DNA of 64,000 nucleotides from a virus (taxonomy: Duplodnaviria > Caudoviricetes), in the IMG/VR virus record IMGVR_UViG_3300012983_001373, positions 39,621 through 103,620 of that record. One strand, given 5' to 3'. Numbering within the stretch: the stretch's first letter is position 1; every line of letters starts with the position of its first letter. A model generated the notes under the pieces. It was given only the letters and a program-made list of their open reading frames with translations, was not told the origin of the DNA and made no database searches. Shown in pieces: positions 61,902-64,000 of the stretch. Made by a program: the position numbers and the translations under genes.

Positions 61902-61916
61902 CTAATTATTTATTAC
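61902..61916 (-). promoter_or_regulatory. Putative phage late promoter motif GTAATA-N6-TAG
   Basis: Minus strand GTAATAaataatTAG, downstream of the terminator at 61944-61970. Confidence 0.55.
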
Positions 61917-61943
61917 TTAATATAACTAAACGATAACACAATG

Positions 61944-61970
61944 AAAAAGACTGGCTTATTCACCAGTCTT
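61944..61970 (-). terminator. Intrinsic terminator overlapping the stop codon of the 611-aa gene
   Basis: Minus strand AAGACTGG-tgaataag-CCAGTCTT followed by TTT. The TAA stop lies in the loop. Confidence 0.7.
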
Positions 61971-63791
61971 ATGTTCATCACCTAATGTCATAGTATTGTT
62001 AAGTAAACTAGCCATTATTTCATCTATGTCTTCATTAGTAGTTCTATAATTAACTGCAGTCTCTAAGTCACTGATATCTGATTCCATTCTGTTTATTCTA
62101 GTCGTTATATTATTTAATGTATTATTTAGTTTTTGGTCTTCTCCTTTTAATGAATTTACATCAAGAACCAAGCTATTTATTAAATCATTAATAGAATCTA
62201 TACTTGCTTTTACTTCTTCTTTTACGGCATATTTGTTTAAATCAATAGCGATTATTTTTTCTTCTATTAAATGCTGAACAGATTCTACCAAATCTGCTAT
62301 ATCAGCAGCACAGTGTTCATGTCCTATTTTTGATAAATTAAATTTATTGTTTTCTTCTTTTTCTAATTCTTCAATAAGTTCATCGAACTCTGTTTCTATT
62401 TTAGAGAATTCTTCTCTTGAAATATGCTCTCTAACTTTAAGATTTAAATTTTTAATATTATTATTATTTATTTTTAAATCAGTTATATAATACTCAGCAA
62501 TATATCCTGATATATAAGTATTGTCTTCTTTTCTATTATTAGTACCAGGTAATGGATTATATTTAAATTCTGTACCATCTATAAATAATCTACAATGGTC
62601 ATATGTACCGTCTACAGAGCCAACTCTAGGTTCTCCTCCTGCATAGAATAATTCTATATTTCCTCCTGTTAAGTTATAAGTAATACAGCCTACATGTCCT
62701 CTATTAACACCTTGGTTTTTCTTTATAGTACCACCGTTTATGTTTAATTCAGAAAGGAATGTAGTTCCACTCTCTCCACCTGCAATAAGATGATTAATGA
62801 CCCCATCATTCATATTAAAAACAGCTTGATTGACAACACCGTTTCCTTGGCTTCCTGCAAACATAGTTTCAACAGTTCCGCCATTTAATACTATATGGCT
62901 TTTCCCTACATGGTTTTTATGAGACTTAAGTCTATATACTGATTGTCCTCCTCCTGTAAGTGTTAATACAGAACCATTGTTTATTAGAATGTTTGTAAAC
63001 CCTACATTACCTTCACCTAAAGAACCACCATATACGTTTTTTAAACTGCCGCTTTTTATTATTAAACCAGTTGCAGGATAATGAGCAGGACATTCTAAAC
63101 CATTTCCTCCTGCATATATATCTACATCAGCAGGTACTGTTATAGAATGGTTGTCTATATCTATCCAACTTACAGTGATAAAGTCTTGACCGTTTTCTTC
63201 TATTACAGCTAAAGTACCATTACAGAATACAGCATTTAAATATTCATCAAATTCAGGAGCCTTAGATTCAATACAGTTAATGTTTACGCTTAAATTTTTA
63301 TAATCTTCTTCTGATAACTTATCATAATCAATTGGTTTACCAAGATTAATAACTTCATCTAGCATAGTTCCAAAGAAGAAATTTATACTACCATCATTTT
63401 TTATTGATTTTTGTATTCTAGCAGAATCAAGTTTTGTGTCCAACTCTGTATGAACATTTACGAATTCATCATCGTGTTCAGTTACACGAGTTTCTAGTAA
63501 TCTAGTTCTATCTATTAAATCGTATTCTTGTTCTATAACTTCTTTAGCTATTTGGGGAATGTCAGGTTTGTCATGTAAATCTACATAACTCCCAGTAAAC
63601 GTAGAGAATTTAGTAAGTTTATTTTTATCTAAGAAATCTCTTTCTTCTTGAGTTAATACTCCACCTGCATCTAAACGAGCTAACATATCATCTATTTCTT
63701 CGTGAGTATAATCTAATATATGATAATATTGCTTACCGTCTTTTATAAGAGCCTCTAGAAGATGATTGGATTTTTTGGTTTCTTTGTTCAT
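61956..63791 (-). CDS. Fibre/appendage protein with Gly-rich beta-helix-like repeats and coiled coils
   Basis: 611 aa, ATG with AAAGGAGG RBS. Repeats IYAGGNG, NVYGGS, LTGGG, MFAGS, LIAGG and FYAGG, with (I/L)xxG(S/T)(V/I) strands at roughly 25-30-aa spacing. Confidence 0.6.
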   Translation of the reverse strand: MNKETKKSNHLLEALIKDGKQYYHILDYTHEEIDDMLARLDAGGVLTQEERDFLDKNKLTKFSTFTGSYVDLHDKPDIPQIAKEVIEQEYDLIDRTRLLETRVTEHDDEFVNVHTELDTKLDSARIQKSIKNDGSINFFFGTMLDEVINLGKPIDYDKLSEEDYKNLSVNINCIESKAPEFDEYLNAVFCNGTLAVIEENGQDFITVSWIDIDNHSITVPADVDIYAGGNGLECPAHYPATGLIIKSGSLKNVYGGSLGEGNVGFTNILINNGSVLTLTGGGQSVYRLKSHKNHVGKSHIVLNGGTVETMFAGSQGNGVVNQAVFNMNDGVINHLIAGGESGTTFLSELNINGGTIKKNQGVNRGHVGCITYNLTGGNIELFYAGGEPRVGSVDGTYDHCRLFIDGTEFKYNPLPGTNNRKEDNTYISGYIAEYYITDLKINNNNIKNLNLKVREHISREEFSKIETEFDELIEELEKEENNKFNLSKIGHEHCAADIADLVESVQHLIEEKIIAIDLNKYAVKEEVKASIDSINDLINSLVLDVNSLKGEDQKLNNTLNNITTRINRMESDISDLETAVNYRTTNEDIDEIMASLLNNTMTLGDEHKTGE

Positions 63792-63811
63792 AGTGTTCCT
63801 CCTTTCTTTTA

Positions 63812-64000
63812 TTATTGTGGCGGTATTAAACCTTGTTCTTTTAATACTTCTAAAACTAATTCTTTAACTCTATCTTCAGTAAGTTCAGTTACAGCAGCTA
63901 ACCATTGAGGAGACCTCTTAGATATTCTAGTTATACCAAAAACAGTTGTTATTTCATATAATCTAACAAAGCGATATGGATTAGTATCTAAATTAGTTAC
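63812..64000 (-). CDS. 3' end of an upstream gene (partial, hypothetical)
   Basis: Open frame from the window edge: VTNLDTNPYRFVRLYEITTVFGITRISKRSPQWLAAVTELTEDRVKELVLEVLKEQGLIPPQ, then TAA TAA and the RBS of the next gene. Confidence 0.65.
   Translation of the reverse strand, partial: VTNLDTNPYRFVRLYEITTVFGITRISKRSPQWLAAVTELTEDRVKELVLEVLKEQGLIPPQ

Noticed and set aside
61876-61904. SigmaA-type promoter (TATAAT) upstream of 61855
   Set aside because: The -35 match is poor (TAGTTT), and the -10 is so close to the RBS that transcription would start inside it.
1-64000. Stop-codon reassignment (TAG or TGA recoding, as in some gut phages)
   Set aside because: The standard code gives near-complete coding density with multi-kb ORFs, and TAG stops fall right at the next gene's RBS.
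1-64000. tRNA, rRNA, CRISPR array, intron or intein
   Set aside because: Intergenic gaps are 100 bp or less and are explained by RBS, hairpins and the promoter motif. No repeat-spacer pattern or intein/homing-endonuclease motif was noticed.

Overview
AT-rich (roughly 30% GC by eye) late/structural region of a large, probably jumbo, contractile-tailed phage of a low-GC Firmicute. The host inference rests on strong Gram-positive-type GGAGG/GGTGGTGA ribosome-binding sites and a CD1375-like gene. All 24 credible genes (22 complete, 2 cut by the window edges) are on the minus strand. In transcription order (right to left): fibre/appendage genes, including a lamin-tail plus metallophosphoesterase protein and a 2690-aa LamG/CotH-kinase/LRR/DUF285 protein with its small chaperone; a 2982-aa protein; a 2768-aa thermonuclease plus baseplate-hub protein; spike-like genes, gp25-like wedge, baseplate J and large baseplate proteins; then tail fibre and receptor-binding genes. 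The main discovery is the 2982-aa protein. It carries two-barrel RNA polymerase catalytic motifs (RYP...NADSDGD, plus beta-like HGNKG or K-x7-K) in one chain, an N-terminal DEDDh 3'-5' exonuclease and a C-terminal hydrophobic helix. It sits where a tape-measure gene is normally found, so it is a candidate virion-packaged, ejected RNA polymerase-exonuclease. Five of six intergenic hairpins are followed by a conserved non-sigmaA motif, GTAATW-N5-6-TAG, which is a candidate phage late promoter. No tRNA, rRNA, CRISPR array, integrase, capsid, sheath or reverse transcriptase gene was seen. All family calls come from motif recognition by eye, with no database search.
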